From the NCBI GenBank assembly GCA_041192805.1, contig JBEEMF010000011.1:1009-65008 (forward strand): 64,000 nucleotides of DNA, written 5' to 3'. Positions within the stretch are counted from its first letter, which is position 1. Every line of letters begins with the position of its first letter. A program made the position numbers and the translations under genes. Positions 37,097-47,201 of this stretch are shown here, piece by piece. The DNA comes from Bacteroidota bacterium (lineage in GTDB: Bacteria; Bacteroidota; Bacteroidia; NS11-12g; UBA955). The notes beneath the pieces were generated by a model, which had not been told where the DNA came from, made no database searches, and saw nothing but the letters and a program-made list of their open reading frames with translations.

Positions 37097-39382
37097 CTAC
37101 ATGCCTTCTTGTCCACCGGGTGGCTTTAAATCATCATTTTGTAATTTCCGATTCACTGGCTTGGGCTTTTCAATGGTGAGCGAACCAAACTTATAATCAA
37201 AATTTACCCGAACGCCCCACATGTTTAAGCGTTGAACGTTCTTGTAATCGAAATCTTGCCCCGAAGCTCGAGTAATGAAATCCATTTTGGGTATGAAGGG
37301 ATTATCTAATCCAAACCCCAAACCACCTTTGTCATTTTTAAACCTGCGCTTTACCCCCAACATATGAAAAAACCAATTGGTTGTAAAACCCTGCAAAGTG
37401 TAGGTTGGCGCGTTAAACCTACCCCATAATTCAACTTGCCACTCTTTCGTAATTTTTACGCTCAACTTTGTACCCGCGTTATAGGTCAATCCTTTATTTC
37501 TAGCACCTTTCAAATAACCTGTATCTATTCCACTGCGAATATCTACCCAACCCAATCCACCGTTAAATGTTAGTGTCCAATCATTCCCCCGCCACTTCCC
37601 TTTGTAATTCATATTGACATCGAATCCCGAAGTGTAATTGAGCCCGATATTACCATAGGTGGTCCTATAAACCTTATCCTCACCCACATATCGCATCGTT
37701 TCTATGGCATTTCCAATCCTACGGTGATATAAATTCAAACCCCAGCCACCAATTTGTCCGTAATTCCCTGTCGATATTTCAAAATTGTTCGACACCTCGG
37801 CATTTAAACGCGGATTACCCGAAGTAATATTCAGGGGGTCAATAAAATTGGTATACGGATTCAAATAAAATAAACTAGGTCGCTGAATTCTCTTAGTATA
37901 GGTAAAACGCAAAAACCCAGCCTTTCCAATCACTCGATTTAAATTGATATAGGGTATAAAGTTCTGATACGGACGACCTACATAAGACTCTTTTGCTGGC
38001 AGGTATATCACACCCCCAAACTGGGTCGACTCATGTCGAATTCCAGATTTGATAGAAAATTTACTCGACGCAATCCAAGTCAGTTGAGAATACAAAGCCA
38101 AAATATTTTGATAATAGTCAAACTGATTATTACGTGCCGTGATTGACTCATAATTGTTCCGTTGGAAATTAAAGCTATCGTAACTATAATTACTAATAAC
38201 GGACCTTAACGTAGTTTTCAATCCTGTTTCCCAAAGCAATTTGGCATGCAAAGGCTCGGTATAATCAATCTGCATTGAAATTTCATTGTTCTTTCCAATA
38301 TTCAAACTCTGCTCTTTACGGGTTTCCAAGTCCGCTTCTGTCAATCGTGTGAAATGATAATCCGTATTGTCTTGACTCCCACTGTATTGAGCCGAGATCC
38401 CCAATTCCCTACCTACTTTGTCGAAGTTTTTACGATAATCTAAATTCACATCCAAGCCATATCCATAGGTGAAATTGTTGGTGACTTGCTCCCACAAATA
38501 ATTCAAAGGCAAAGAGGAAATACCGCTGTAGGTAACGACATCATTGTCGGAATTTCTCATGCGGGTGCTTGTTGTTGCAGAAACCGACAGTCCACTTTTT
38601 TTGTTAAATTGATGATCCATAGAAAGCGTAAGCCTTGGACCGCCACCCCAATTCACCACATCATTGTTCTGCTTTAATCCGTAACCAATCCCATTGACAG
38701 TATTCGTCCTGTTTGTCCAACCCGAACCCCATGACCGCCAAAAATGACCTCCCAATTTTATACTAAAATTGGTGGCGCCATTCTGAATCGAAACATCCCC
38801 TCCAAAATTTGCACTTCGGGTCCCAAGCCCCATATTCATTGCACCCGTCTTACCCTTCAATCTAACTTGCTTTAGGATAATATTGATGATACCCGCAGTT
38901 CCCTCTGCATCATATTTCGACGAGGGATTTGTGATTACTTCCACTTTATCTATTCCATCCGCGGGAAAAGACCGCAGTGCATCGGCAACATTCCCAGCCA
39001 TCATACCACTGGGCCGACCATTAATCAGCACCTTTAAATTCCGACTTCCACGAATCGATACATTTCCATCCATATCCACCTCAACCATTGGGACTTTCGA
39101 CAACAAATCCGCAGCAGAACCACCCTTTGATGTGATATCTTGTGCGGCATTATATACCAAACGATCAACTTTGTTTTCAATCAATGGACCCGAAACTTTA
39201 ATGTCAACGCCCATCATCTTTTCCGACTTACCTAAAACGGAATCTTTGGCAACATCCAACGCTTTCATCAGCGAATCAGAAACCACATCCACACTGCCAA
39301 CTGAATCCAAAACTTGCGCACCTAAAAACTGCCCACACCCCAAAAATAAGAAAAATACCAAACCCAAACTGCGCAAATTCAT
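37097..39382 (-). CDS. Outer-membrane beta-barrel protein with TonB-dependent-receptor plug
   Basis: 761 aa with a signal peptide. Plug region LLSKVPMVEVDMDGNVSIRGSRNLKVLINGRPSG...IDKVEVITNPSSKYDAEGTAGIINIILK. Long beta-rich barrel ending VRVNFDYKFG plus a basic tail. Confidence 0.75.
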   Translation of the reverse strand: MNLRSLGLVFFLFLGCGQFLGAQVLDSVGSVDVVSDSLMKALDVAKDSVLGKSEKMMGVDIKVSGPLIENKVDRLVYNAAQDITSKGGSAADLLSKVPMVEVDMDGNVSIRGSRNLKVLINGRPSGMMAGNVADALRSFPADGIDKVEVITNPSSKYDAEGTAGIINIILKQVRLKGKTGAMNMGLGTRSANFGGDVSIQNGATNFSIKLGGHFWRSWGSGWTNRTNTVNGIGYGLKQNNDVVNWGGGPRLTLSMDHQFNKKSGLSVSATTSTRMRNSDNDVVTYSGISSLPLNYLWEQVTNNFTYGYGLDVNLDYRKNFDKVGRELGISAQYSGSQDNTDYHFTRLTEADLETRKEQSLNIGKNNEISMQIDYTEPLHAKLLWETGLKTTLRSVISNYSYDSFNFQRNNYESITARNNQFDYYQNILALYSQLTWIASSKFSIKSGIRHESTQFGGVIYLPAKESYVGRPYQNFIPYINLNRVIGKAGFLRFTYTKRIQRPSLFYLNPYTNFIDPLNITSGNPRLNAEVSNNFEISTGNYGQIGGWGLNLYHRRIGNAIETMRYVGEDKVYRTTYGNIGLNYTSGFDVNMNYKGKWRGNDWTLTFNGGLGWVDIRSGIDTGYLKGARNKGLTYNAGTKLSVKITKEWQVELWGRFNAPTYTLQGFTTNWFFHMLGVKRRFKNDKGGLGFGLDNPFIPKMDFITRASGQDFDYKNVQRLNMWGVRVNFDYKFGSLTIEKPKPVNRKLQNDDLKPPGGQEGM

Positions 39383-39455
39383 AATATGCTACAAAGAAAG
39401 AAAGGAATCTCCATATTCAGGGAGTTAGCCATCGAAATTGACATTAAATAATCGT

Positions 39456-40724
39456 TTATTTTGCACGCATCGCCTCAACCGGATTCAACCGCGCCGCCTG
39501 CCTGGCCGGAATAAAACCCGCCACAATTCCCACAATCGCAGAGACCCAAAGCCCCAACTGCGTATCCGAAGCACTTAACGCCAGCACAAACCCCTCACCC
39601 ATCGTCTCCTTTAATATGGCGTTCAACCCCAAAAATGTGAGCCACACAAAGAGCAATCCAATCAATCCGCCTATCAAACACAACCAAATCGCCTCCAATA
39701 AAAACTGAACCTGAATAAAAATATGAGGCGCGCCCAAAGCCTTCTGAATACCAATTTCCTTGGTCCGCTCCTTCACACTCACAAACATGATATTCGCCAC
39801 CCCAAAGCAGCCCACAATCATCGCAAATCCACCAATTACAATACCAATATTCTTAATCTGAGTAAACAACTGCGAAACCGCTTGCGTAATCATCGTCATC
39901 CGATTCACTGCAAAAGTATTTTCCTTCCCCGGCTTGATTTTTCGATACTGCCTCATCAACTGTCCTACCTCAACCGTTAAATCATCCAAGTCCACCCCAT
40001 TTGACGCCTTTACCATAATCTGCGCATCGTCGTTCTCGCGATACGAATACATCCCCATACCCATTTTAAGCGGAATAAAAACCCGATCGTCCTTTGAATT
40101 ATCGATAATACTAGACCCCTCCGCAGCACAAACACCCACAATCCTACAAACTCGATTTCCCACGCGAACAACATTTCCAATTGCGTTGGCACGACCAAAA
40201 AGCTGTAGAGCGATGTTATTCCCTAATATCACAACCGGCCTACCACCCCTGCTTTCTTCCAGCGTAAAAGTCCGACCATATTCTGCTGCGATGCGCTGAA
40301 TTTCTAAATATTGATGCGAAACACATCCAACCGAAACCCCCTCTAAGGTCACCCCCTCTGCCGCCAACTTCTCTGTTCTTCCGAAATTAAATCCCACACT
40401 CTCAACGCGATTCTTAGACAATTTCGACTCCAAAAACAAAGCTTCTTCGGGCGAGGAAACGGGCCTGCTCAAATACTTCCACCAAGGATAATTGCCTCCA
40501 AATTCATCCCAAGGCCATTTCTGAACAAACAAAACTTGGGTTCCATATTTGGTAAATTGATTGTTGATGTTGGTCTCAAGTGAATGAACCAGTGCATAAA
40601 CGGCAATGATGCAATAAATACCAATTGTAATACCCAAGACCGACAAAACACTTCTCAGCTTATTTTGCCTAATTGCGGAGACTGATACCCGCATCGTTTC
40701 ACTGAAAAAAATCTTGAGATTCAC
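39456..40724 (-). CDS. ABC transporter permease (MacB/FtsX family), no ATPase adjacent
   Basis: 422 aa with a GTG start. AIRQNKLRSVLSVLGITIG N-terminal TM, a periplasmic domain of about 230 aa, and the C-terminal FtsX domain (VSVKERTKEIGIQKALGA). Confidence 0.8.
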   Translation of the reverse strand: MNLKIFFSETMRVSVSAIRQNKLRSVLSVLGITIGIYCIIAVYALVHSLETNINNQFTKYGTQVLFVQKWPWDEFGGNYPWWKYLSRPVSSPEEALFLESKLSKNRVESVGFNFGRTEKLAAEGVTLEGVSVGCVSHQYLEIQRIAAEYGRTFTLEESRGGRPVVILGNNIALQLFGRANAIGNVVRVGNRVCRIVGVCAAEGSSIIDNSKDDRVFIPLKMGMGMYSYRENDDAQIMVKASNGVDLDDLTVEVGQLMRQYRKIKPGKENTFAVNRMTMITQAVSQLFTQIKNIGIVIGGFAMIVGCFGVANIMFVSVKERTKEIGIQKALGAPHIFIQVQFLLEAIWLCLIGGLIGLLFVWLTFLGLNAILKETMGEGFVLALSASDTQLGLWVSAIVGIVAGFIPARQAARLNPVEAMRAK

Positions 40725-40745
40725 AATTGCTTTTTCAAAAATAGA

Positions 40746-43700
40746 TTATTCAACAGGTTTCTCCTCTGTGGTGGCGGTAATTGGCGTTTTCTTTCGTCGG
40801 AAAGTCTCAAATTCACGACGATACAAAGCACCCCCGCCCAAAGTATTTCCCGACACACCATTGGTAATTGAACCACTTTGCTGTAGTAATAAATTATTGC
40901 TCCGAGAGAACATTTTTAATCTCCAATTCTCATTTCGAGTGGAATATTCGAGGTTGAAATTCAACGGCACCGCAGCACCATTCACCAACACAGCAACCGT
41001 AGGATCGTAATTCAAATTAAGCTTTAAACGATCGCTCAAATTCCATTCGCTGTTCACAAATACTTGGGTATTGCTACTTGTACCACTATTCCTCCTCACA
41101 TCATCGATATTCACCTGAATCTTTGTCTTGATGCCATACTTCTGAAAAATATCATTTACTACGTTGGATGCAATGTTCGATACGCTGTTCCCCGCTACCC
41201 CTGCTCCACTCACCACGTTGCCACTAGTTGGGTTACCACTGGAAAAAGAAGGGGGTAAAAAGTTGCCAAAAATCAACAGCGCAATGGCCTGTCGCATCGT
41301 TTCATCTTTGTCTTGCCGAATCCTCTGAATCACAGCATTTACATCACTATTACTTCCCGCGCTTAATGCCAATTCAGGGGCCTGTAAATCAAAGCCAATC
41401 TGTGGCCTCATCAAACTACCATTGATATTCAATACACTCACGATCAGTGTAGGCGGATAATTGGTACTAGATGCGTTACCACTTCCAACCATCAACTGTG
41501 CCGGAGAAATTCTCTTTTCGATTTTGCCCGATAGCGCAAGATTTGCATCGTAAGGATCACCAACCCAAGTAATTTTACCCCCTTCCGTAAGCGTAATTTT
41601 CTTTGTCAGCAAGTTGATTCCCGGCAACGAGAAAACATACAACCCAGATTTTATGGTATACTGACCATTTAAGAAGAAACGCTCGTTTTCATCATACAAA
41701 ATCCTGATATCGCCTGTTCCGCGTCCTTTGATCATATCCCCCAACCTCTTATCAATCAAAAATTCCGTTTCCAAGTCCGGGGTAGCTCGAATCATCAAAT
41801 CAATATTACCCATACCAGACGAGGATTTTTTGGACTTAGAATTCCCTACCACTTTGCCAAAATGATTTCTAAAAACAATGTTCCCAGCCACAGAATTTGT
41901 ATTAAGAGTGGGGTAAAGAATGCTCAACTTACTGTTTTCGGAAGGCGTCATATCCATCTTGATATTGATCTTATCCAAAGGACCCCAAACCCTGCAACTT
42001 CCATTGCCCCAAGCGGTGCCATAAAACAAATCATTATCGGCTTCCGTGGTCTCAATAATTCTAATTTTTTGGGCATCATACACATTCAAATCCAAAGCCA
42101 AATCCCTGAAATGATTATGGGTAAAAGCAAAGGTCGCCTTCGCCTTCCCCTTTTTGAACTTACCATAAATTTGAATCGGATAGCGAGTGAATATTCCATT
42201 CGATTTCACCAAAAAATCCGCATCATCAAATCGATATTTAGTTCCCAAGTAATCAACTTTCATCATCACGTCCCTGGCCTTCAAATCGCCTTGCATAATC
42301 AAATCGTTCATTGGCCCTTCAATTCGCACATTCCCACCAATGGTTCCGGATTCCGTAGTTGCAATGCCCGATAAAAATGGCGTCAAAATTCCAATAGTTG
42401 TCCCTTCCGGAATAAACAAATCCGCGTTTAAACCAGGATCATCGCCCCCAAATTTTAGCCGACCCCTAAACGATGTGTTTTTCAAAACGCCTCGGCGCGC
42501 CACAAGATCTAAATCAAGCACCTTGTCCGATGTCCGTTGGGCCACTTTTAAATCAAAACTCCCATATCGATAACCCAAGTAAACCAAATCGTTCAAATAA
42601 CTCTCTCCAACAATTTTTGCCTGTCCGAGAGCCGCAGCAATCCTCACCCTACCGCCCAAATGAAACTGCATACTATCAAAGGTGCCATGAGGAAAAAATG
42701 GCGAAAGCAACTCCGGGGTGATATTACCCACTTCCACCGTAAATGTATCACTCAACATCTCAGAAAGTACACCGTGCAATTCCACGAAATGTCGAGAATT
42801 ATTGACCATCAACTTTTTAACTTTCAATCTATTTCCGCCACCTAAACTCAATTGACTCTCTTGGTCCAACTGCCAAGGCTCTTTGTTGATGTAAAAATTG
42901 GCTGCGTGAATATTGGTAGGCAAAGAATCTAACTTCACATTAGACTGAGAACCTAGATTCACATTGTAACGATCTTGCCTGTCGTGCAAATCAAATCCAA
43001 CATCCAAAATCCCATCCCTCAATTTCCCTTCCAAAGCAAATCGATCGTACTTCGTCTCCCCATAATTCAAGTCTTTGGCGTTTAGCAAAAGCGATGCCGC
43101 TCCATCAGTATTTGCATTTACAGCCAATTTTAAACGATGCCATTCGGCGCCCTGCCACGACAAATCCATGGGGCCCAAAACCACATCCACATCACGGTGC
43201 TGCGAACCAAAATGACCAACCAGATTTATAGGTCCCGATTGTAATGTCCTGTCAACAAATGAAGATAGCCAATCGGTTTGAATCAACTGTAAATCAAAGC
43301 TAAAATCCCTAGGAGCAAATGACGTTGGGGCAGTAAAACGATTGGGCAACAATGTATATAAAAAATGCTCCCCAATATTCATCGCATCAGATGGATCAAA
43401 TCCAGAAGAGATACTTCCATTTAACCAGTCTCCAGAAAATTGTATCCCTTCCGAAGCCGACTGAACCAATTGCTGGCTATTGCAAAAATATCGGACAGAA
43501 CCGTGATCGGCCACAAGTTGCCTCACCTCAATTGTTGCATTGGTATTCTGCGCATCGCCGCCGCCATAAATTAAGGAAGCCGACCCCGACAAAATCAATG
43601 GTACCTTATCCAATCCAATATTCTCAAATTCTACATTGCTGGCAGACAAATCTGCATCCATAGACAAGTTCTTATCCCAATCAAAAACGGTTGCATCGGC

Positions 43701-45212
43701 CACAAAAGCAAACCTTGCATCATCCGATTCAACATTTAAGTGGAACTGACTCTTGTCAAATTCGCCCGTTAATTGAATATCGGTGAGATGCCTACCCAGC
43801 ACCGTATAATCGATCAAATGAATATCCGCTTCCGTGTTTAACAAATCCGCTGTAAGCCCTTCGCCGGTAATCAGAATATTCGCATCATTCACAAACGCAT
43901 CCAATCCATTGCCCGCAAACATGCCCAAATCCCACTGACCCAATTTGCCTTCAACATCGTAAGACATCGAATCGATACTCTCAGGAAAATCCAATGCCAA
44001 ATGACCCGAGAAATGACCAGGTCCAGCATCCAAATCGCCATCAAAACCAAAGGAAGTTAGACCGCCAGTAATTGTAGCTTCGATGTCAAGGGCTTCAAAC
44101 TTTTTAACAAAATCAATCGAGTCAAGCTCATAAACAACATCTTTTAAATCGGCCACAGCCAATCGCGAATCATCCAATTCCAGGCGATATTCAAAATTAT
44201 CCAAATCCTGCAAACTCGTCAAAATGCCACTACCCTTCAACAGGGTTTGATCTGTTAACGATTCAAAAGTGAATTTCTTCAGCACCAAGGAAGCCAATGG
44301 GCCTTCCGCATGCGCATTGACAAACAGCGGCAAATTCCGATCCTTGAACCAGGGGTGAAAAGCGATTAACTCCTCCAAGCAAAATTTGGACTTGCGCAAA
44401 CGAATATCAAAAGTAACCTTGTGGAAAATATCCCTGAAATCGCGCATCGAATTATAACGCATTTCAAAACGATCACCCAGAATGCTGCATGGCGTTTCCA
44501 ACAATAAATTGCTGGCCAGAATCTGCTTTTTATCAATCACAACCCGCGCAGCTCCTTTTACGATATTCAGACCGCTTCGCTCTTTAAACGTCATCGACTT
44601 TATATTCACCGTAAACCACGGATGCCCAAACGTGAGTGAGTCCATTTCCGCATCGATATTGGACAGAATCATATTGTCTGGATCGAAGTACGGGTCGCTA
44701 GAACGCTGACGAATGTTGAAAAACTGATAGTACCCATCCACAATCTTTACGTCGTTGATACCAAAATCCCACCCCTCACTATAGTCGTTTGGATCAGATG
44801 GCGGATCTAAAAAATCGGAGAAAAAATCAATATTTAAGGGCCCTTCTTCTGTGTGATAACCATTTTTCATGCGGGGCTTATAAATCACAACCGACGATAG
44901 TTCGATGCTATGCGACTTCCAATCCACCTTGGTTAATCGGGCCTCTATTTGACGTGCTTCAATCAGCGTATCTTTGCTCTGATCGTAGATTCTTAGGCGC
45001 TCAACGTGAATGTTCCGCAAAAAATCAATTTCAACATATCCAATTTCAACCTTGGTGTTTAACTCTTTCGATAGCTGCTGAGCGAGTTGTTGGGCGAAAT
45101 AATTCTGAACGATGTGATTGCGCGACAAAACAATTGCGGCTCCTGTAAGTAGCAGGAACGACAGCAACATCAGAAGCAAAAACTTCCGTAGTTTTGTACG
45201 CTTATTTTTCAA
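40746..45212 (-). CDS. tamB: Translocation/assembly module protein TamB-like
   Basis: About 1488 aa. Basic N-terminus plus TM (MKNKRTKLRKFLLLMLLSFLLLTGAAIVL), a long beta-rich body and a DUF490-like C-terminus. Start ambiguous: TTG 45212 (preferred), GTG 45251 or TTG 45254. Confidence 0.75.
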   Translation of the reverse strand: MKNKRTKLRKFLLLMLLSFLLLTGAAIVLSRNHIVQNYFAQQLAQQLSKELNTKVEIGYVEIDFLRNIHVERLRIYDQSKDTLIEARQIEARLTKVDWKSHSIELSSVVIYKPRMKNGYHTEEGPLNIDFFSDFLDPPSDPNDYSEGWDFGINDVKIVDGYYQFFNIRQRSSDPYFDPDNMILSNIDAEMDSLTFGHPWFTVNIKSMTFKERSGLNIVKGAARVVIDKKQILASNLLLETPCSILGDRFEMRYNSMRDFRDIFHKVTFDIRLRKSKFCLEELIAFHPWFKDRNLPLFVNAHAEGPLASLVLKKFTFESLTDQTLLKGSGILTSLQDLDNFEYRLELDDSRLAVADLKDVVYELDSIDFVKKFEALDIEATITGGLTSFGFDGDLDAGPGHFSGHLALDFPESIDSMSYDVEGKLGQWDLGMFAGNGLDAFVNDANILITGEGLTADLLNTEADIHLIDYTVLGRHLTDIQLTGEFDKSQFHLNVESDDARFAFVADATVFDWDKNLSMDADLSASNVEFENIGLDKVPLILSGSASLIYGGGDAQNTNATIEVRQLVADHGSVRYFCNSQQLVQSASEGIQFSGDWLNGSISSGFDPSDAMNIGEHFLYTLLPNRFTAPTSFAPRDFSFDLQLIQTDWLSSFVDRTLQSGPINLVGHFGSQHRDVDVVLGPMDLSWQGAEWHRLKLAVNANTDGAASLLLNAKDLNYGETKYDRFALEGKLRDGILDVGFDLHDRQDRYNVNLGSQSNVKLDSLPTNIHAANFYINKEPWQLDQESQLSLGGGNRLKVKKLMVNNSRHFVELHGVLSEMLSDTFTVEVGNITPELLSPFFPHGTFDSMQFHLGGRVRIAAALGQAKIVGESYLNDLVYLGYRYGSFDLKVAQRTSDKVLDLDLVARRGVLKNTSFRGRLKFGGDDPGLNADLFIPEGTTIGILTPFLSGIATTESGTIGGNVRIEGPMNDLIMQGDLKARDVMMKVDYLGTKYRFDDADFLVKSNGIFTRYPIQIYGKFKKGKAKATFAFTHNHFRDLALDLNVYDAQKIRIIETTEADNDLFYGTAWGNGSCRVWGPLDKINIKMDMTPSENSKLSILYPTLNTNSVAGNIVFRNHFGKVVGNSKSKKSSSGMGNIDLMIRATPDLETEFLIDKRLGDMIKGRGTGDIRILYDENERFFLNGQYTIKSGLYVFSLPGINLLTKKITLTEGGKITWVGDPYDANLALSGKIEKRISPAQLMVGSGNASSTNYPPTLIVSVLNINGSLMRPQIGFDLQAPELALSAGSNSDVNAVIQRIRQDKDETMRQAIALLIFGNFLPPSFSSGNPTSGNVVSGAGVAGNSVSNIASNVVNDIFQKYGIKTKIQVNIDDVRRNSGTSSNTQVFVNSEWNLSDRLKLNLNYDPTVAVLVNGAAVPLNFNLEYSTRNENWRLKMFSRSNNLLLQQSGSITNGVSGNTLGGGALYRREFETFRRKKTPITATTEEKPVE
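45189..45196 (+). promoter_or_regulatory. -7 box TAGTTTTG for tsaD, located inside the tamB 5' coding region
   Basis: cgTAGTTTTGtacg, 36 nt upstream of TTG 45233. Confidence 0.35.
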
Positions 45213-45217
45213 TCTCT

Positions 45218-45225
45218 CAAATATA
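45218..45225 (-). promoter_or_regulatory. -7 box TATATTTG, 5 nt upstream of tamB TTG 45212
   Basis: The minus strand reads aattTTATATTTGagagaTTGaaaaataag. Confidence 0.35.
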
Positions 45226-45232
45226 AAATTCG

Positions 45233-46261
45233 TTGTCTCTGCTGAATCCACCAAAACCCGCCCGCTCCATTATATTGGGCATCGAGAGCAGTTGCGATGA
45301 TACCGCAGCATCGTTACTCCGCGATGGCAAAATCCTTGCCAACGTAACGGCTAGTCAAAAAGTACACGAACAATACGGCGGAGTGGTACCTGAATTGGCC
45401 TCCCGTGCCCATCAAAGCAATATAATTCCAGTGATTCATTTGGCACTAGAAAAAGCCAAAATTTCCATCGATGAAGTCAACGCAGTGGCCGTCACACAAG
45501 GTCCCGGACTTATGGGATCACTGCTGGTTGGAACCAATATTGCCAAAGGCATTTGCATTGCCAACAACATCCCTCTGATCGGAATCAATCACCTAGAAGC
45601 CCATGTTGCGGCACTATTTATCGACCACCAGGTAAACTTGCCCATGCTCTGTCTTTTAGTGAGTGGCGGACATACACAAATCATCTTGGTGAACGGCATC
45701 GACGATATGAAAATAGTGGGAACTACGCAAGACGATGCGGCAGGCGAAGCATTCGACAAAGCAGCAAAGCTCCTTAATTTAGGCTATCCCGGAGGACCCT
45801 TAATTGATCAATATGCAAAGCAAGGCGATCCAAATAAATACAAATTTCCCGATAGTCAAACGCAAGGATTGGACTTTAGTTTTTCGGGCATAAAAACATC
45901 ATTATTGTATTTTCTTAAAAACAATTTAAAAAAAGACAACCAATTCATAAACAACGAGTTGCCTAATATTTGCGCATCGTATCAGCATCAAATCGTAATG
46001 AGCTTAACGAAGCGTTTTGCCAAGGCAATAGAAGTGTACAAACCCTGCAGTATTGGGCTTTGTGGCGGGGTTTCTGCCAATAGTGAATTGAGGGATGCCA
46101 TTGATACTTTGGGCACCGAAAAAGGCCTACAAGTGTGTATACCAGCTTTTGAATATTGCACCGACAATGCGGCGATGGTTGCCATGGCCGGATATGAAAA
46201 ATTCCAAAAAAATCAATTTACACCGCTCAATGCCACTCCGTTTGCAAGAGCACACAAATAA
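45233..46261 (+). CDS. tsaD: tRNA N6-adenosine threonylcarbamoyltransferase TsaD
   Basis: ILGIESSCDDTAAS, GINHLEAHV and SGGHTQ motifs. No in-frame ATG precedes GIESSCDD. TTG 45233 is the only canonical candidate with a reasonable N-terminus. Confidence 0.9.
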   Translation: MSLLNPPKPARSIILGIESSCDDTAASLLRDGKILANVTASQKVHEQYGGVVPELASRAHQSNIIPVIHLALEKAKISIDEVNAVAVTQGPGLMGSLLVGTNIAKGICIANNIPLIGINHLEAHVAALFIDHQVNLPMLCLLVSGGHTQIILVNGIDDMKIVGTTQDDAAGEAFDKAAKLLNLGYPGGPLIDQYAKQGDPNKYKFPDSQTQGLDFSFSGIKTSLLYFLKNNLKKDNQFINNELPNICASYQHQIVMSLTKRFAKAIEVYKPCSIGLCGGVSANSELRDAIDTLGTEKGLQVCIPAFEYCTDNAAMVAMAGYEKFQKNQFTPLNATPFARAHK

Positions 46262-46295
46262 ATGGTGTTTCAGCCAATTTTAATATCTTCGTGAC

Positions 46296-47201
46296 ATGCC
46301 AATCATCCCTACTCCAACATTAATCGCCGAGGGCAACGAAAGAGCCATCGCTAGGGCAATTAGTTGGGTAGAGAACCAACATCCGCAATCGATGGAATTG
46401 CTGGAACAACTCGAAGGTAACTGCCCGATTGTTGGCGTAACTGGCCCTCCCGGTGCCGGAAAAAGCAGCTTGGTGAACGCATTGGTGTTGCACTGGAGTT
46501 CAAAAGGATTAAAAACAGCCATTGTTGCCGTTGACCCATCCTCCCCATTCAACTTAGGCTCCCTATTGGGCGATCGTTTGCGCATGCCAGGCCTTTTCCT
46601 TGACCCCAAAGTCTTTATTCGAAGCTTATCCGCCCGAGGTTCGTTGGGTGGCCTTAGCGCGAGTATTATTGAAGTGTGCGATATCCTAAAACACGCCAAA
46701 TTCGATAGAATCATCATCGAAACCGTAGGTGTGGGTCAGAGCGAAATCGAAATTGCAGGCATCGCCGATACTACTTTGGTCGTAACCGTCCCAGAAAGCG
46801 GCGACGAGGTGCAAACGATGAAAAGTGGCGTGATGGAAATCGCAGACATTTTCGTGGTCAACAAGAGCGATAGAGACGGTGCAGAAGCATTTGCCAATCA
46901 TTTAAAAAAACTAGCCCATTACAAGTCGACCAGCGATGGTTGGGAAATTCCCGTAATCAACACAGTGGCAACCGATGGAAAAGGGATTCAAACATTGAGC
47001 GATGCGATTTCGGCTCATCTAGAAACGCAAAACAACATTCAAAATCTCAGCAATCTATTTGCAGAACGTGCCTTTCGATTGATTCAACGTCAAAAAATGA
47101 GAAGTATCCCGTTAAATCAATTGAAGGAAGAAATTGCCATTGAATTAGATAAAGGCCTGTTCAACCTCTATCGTTTCGCCAAAAAATACTATACTAATTA
47201 G
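46296..47201 (+). CDS. meaB: Methylmalonyl-CoA-mutase-associated GTPase MeaB/ArgK family
   Basis: 301 aa. P-loop VGVTGPPGAGKSSLVNAL, IIETVGVGQSE and VVNKSDR motifs. Confidence 0.85.
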   Translation: MPIIPTPTLIAEGNERAIARAISWVENQHPQSMELLEQLEGNCPIVGVTGPPGAGKSSLVNALVLHWSSKGLKTAIVAVDPSSPFNLGSLLGDRLRMPGLFLDPKVFIRSLSARGSLGGLSASIIEVCDILKHAKFDRIIIETVGVGQSEIEIAGIADTTLVVTVPESGDEVQTMKSGVMEIADIFVVNKSDRDGAEAFANHLKKLAHYKSTSDGWEIPVINTVATDGKGIQTLSDAISAHLETQNNIQNLSNLFAERAFRLIQRQKMRSIPLNQLKEEIAIELDKGLFNLYRFAKKYYTN

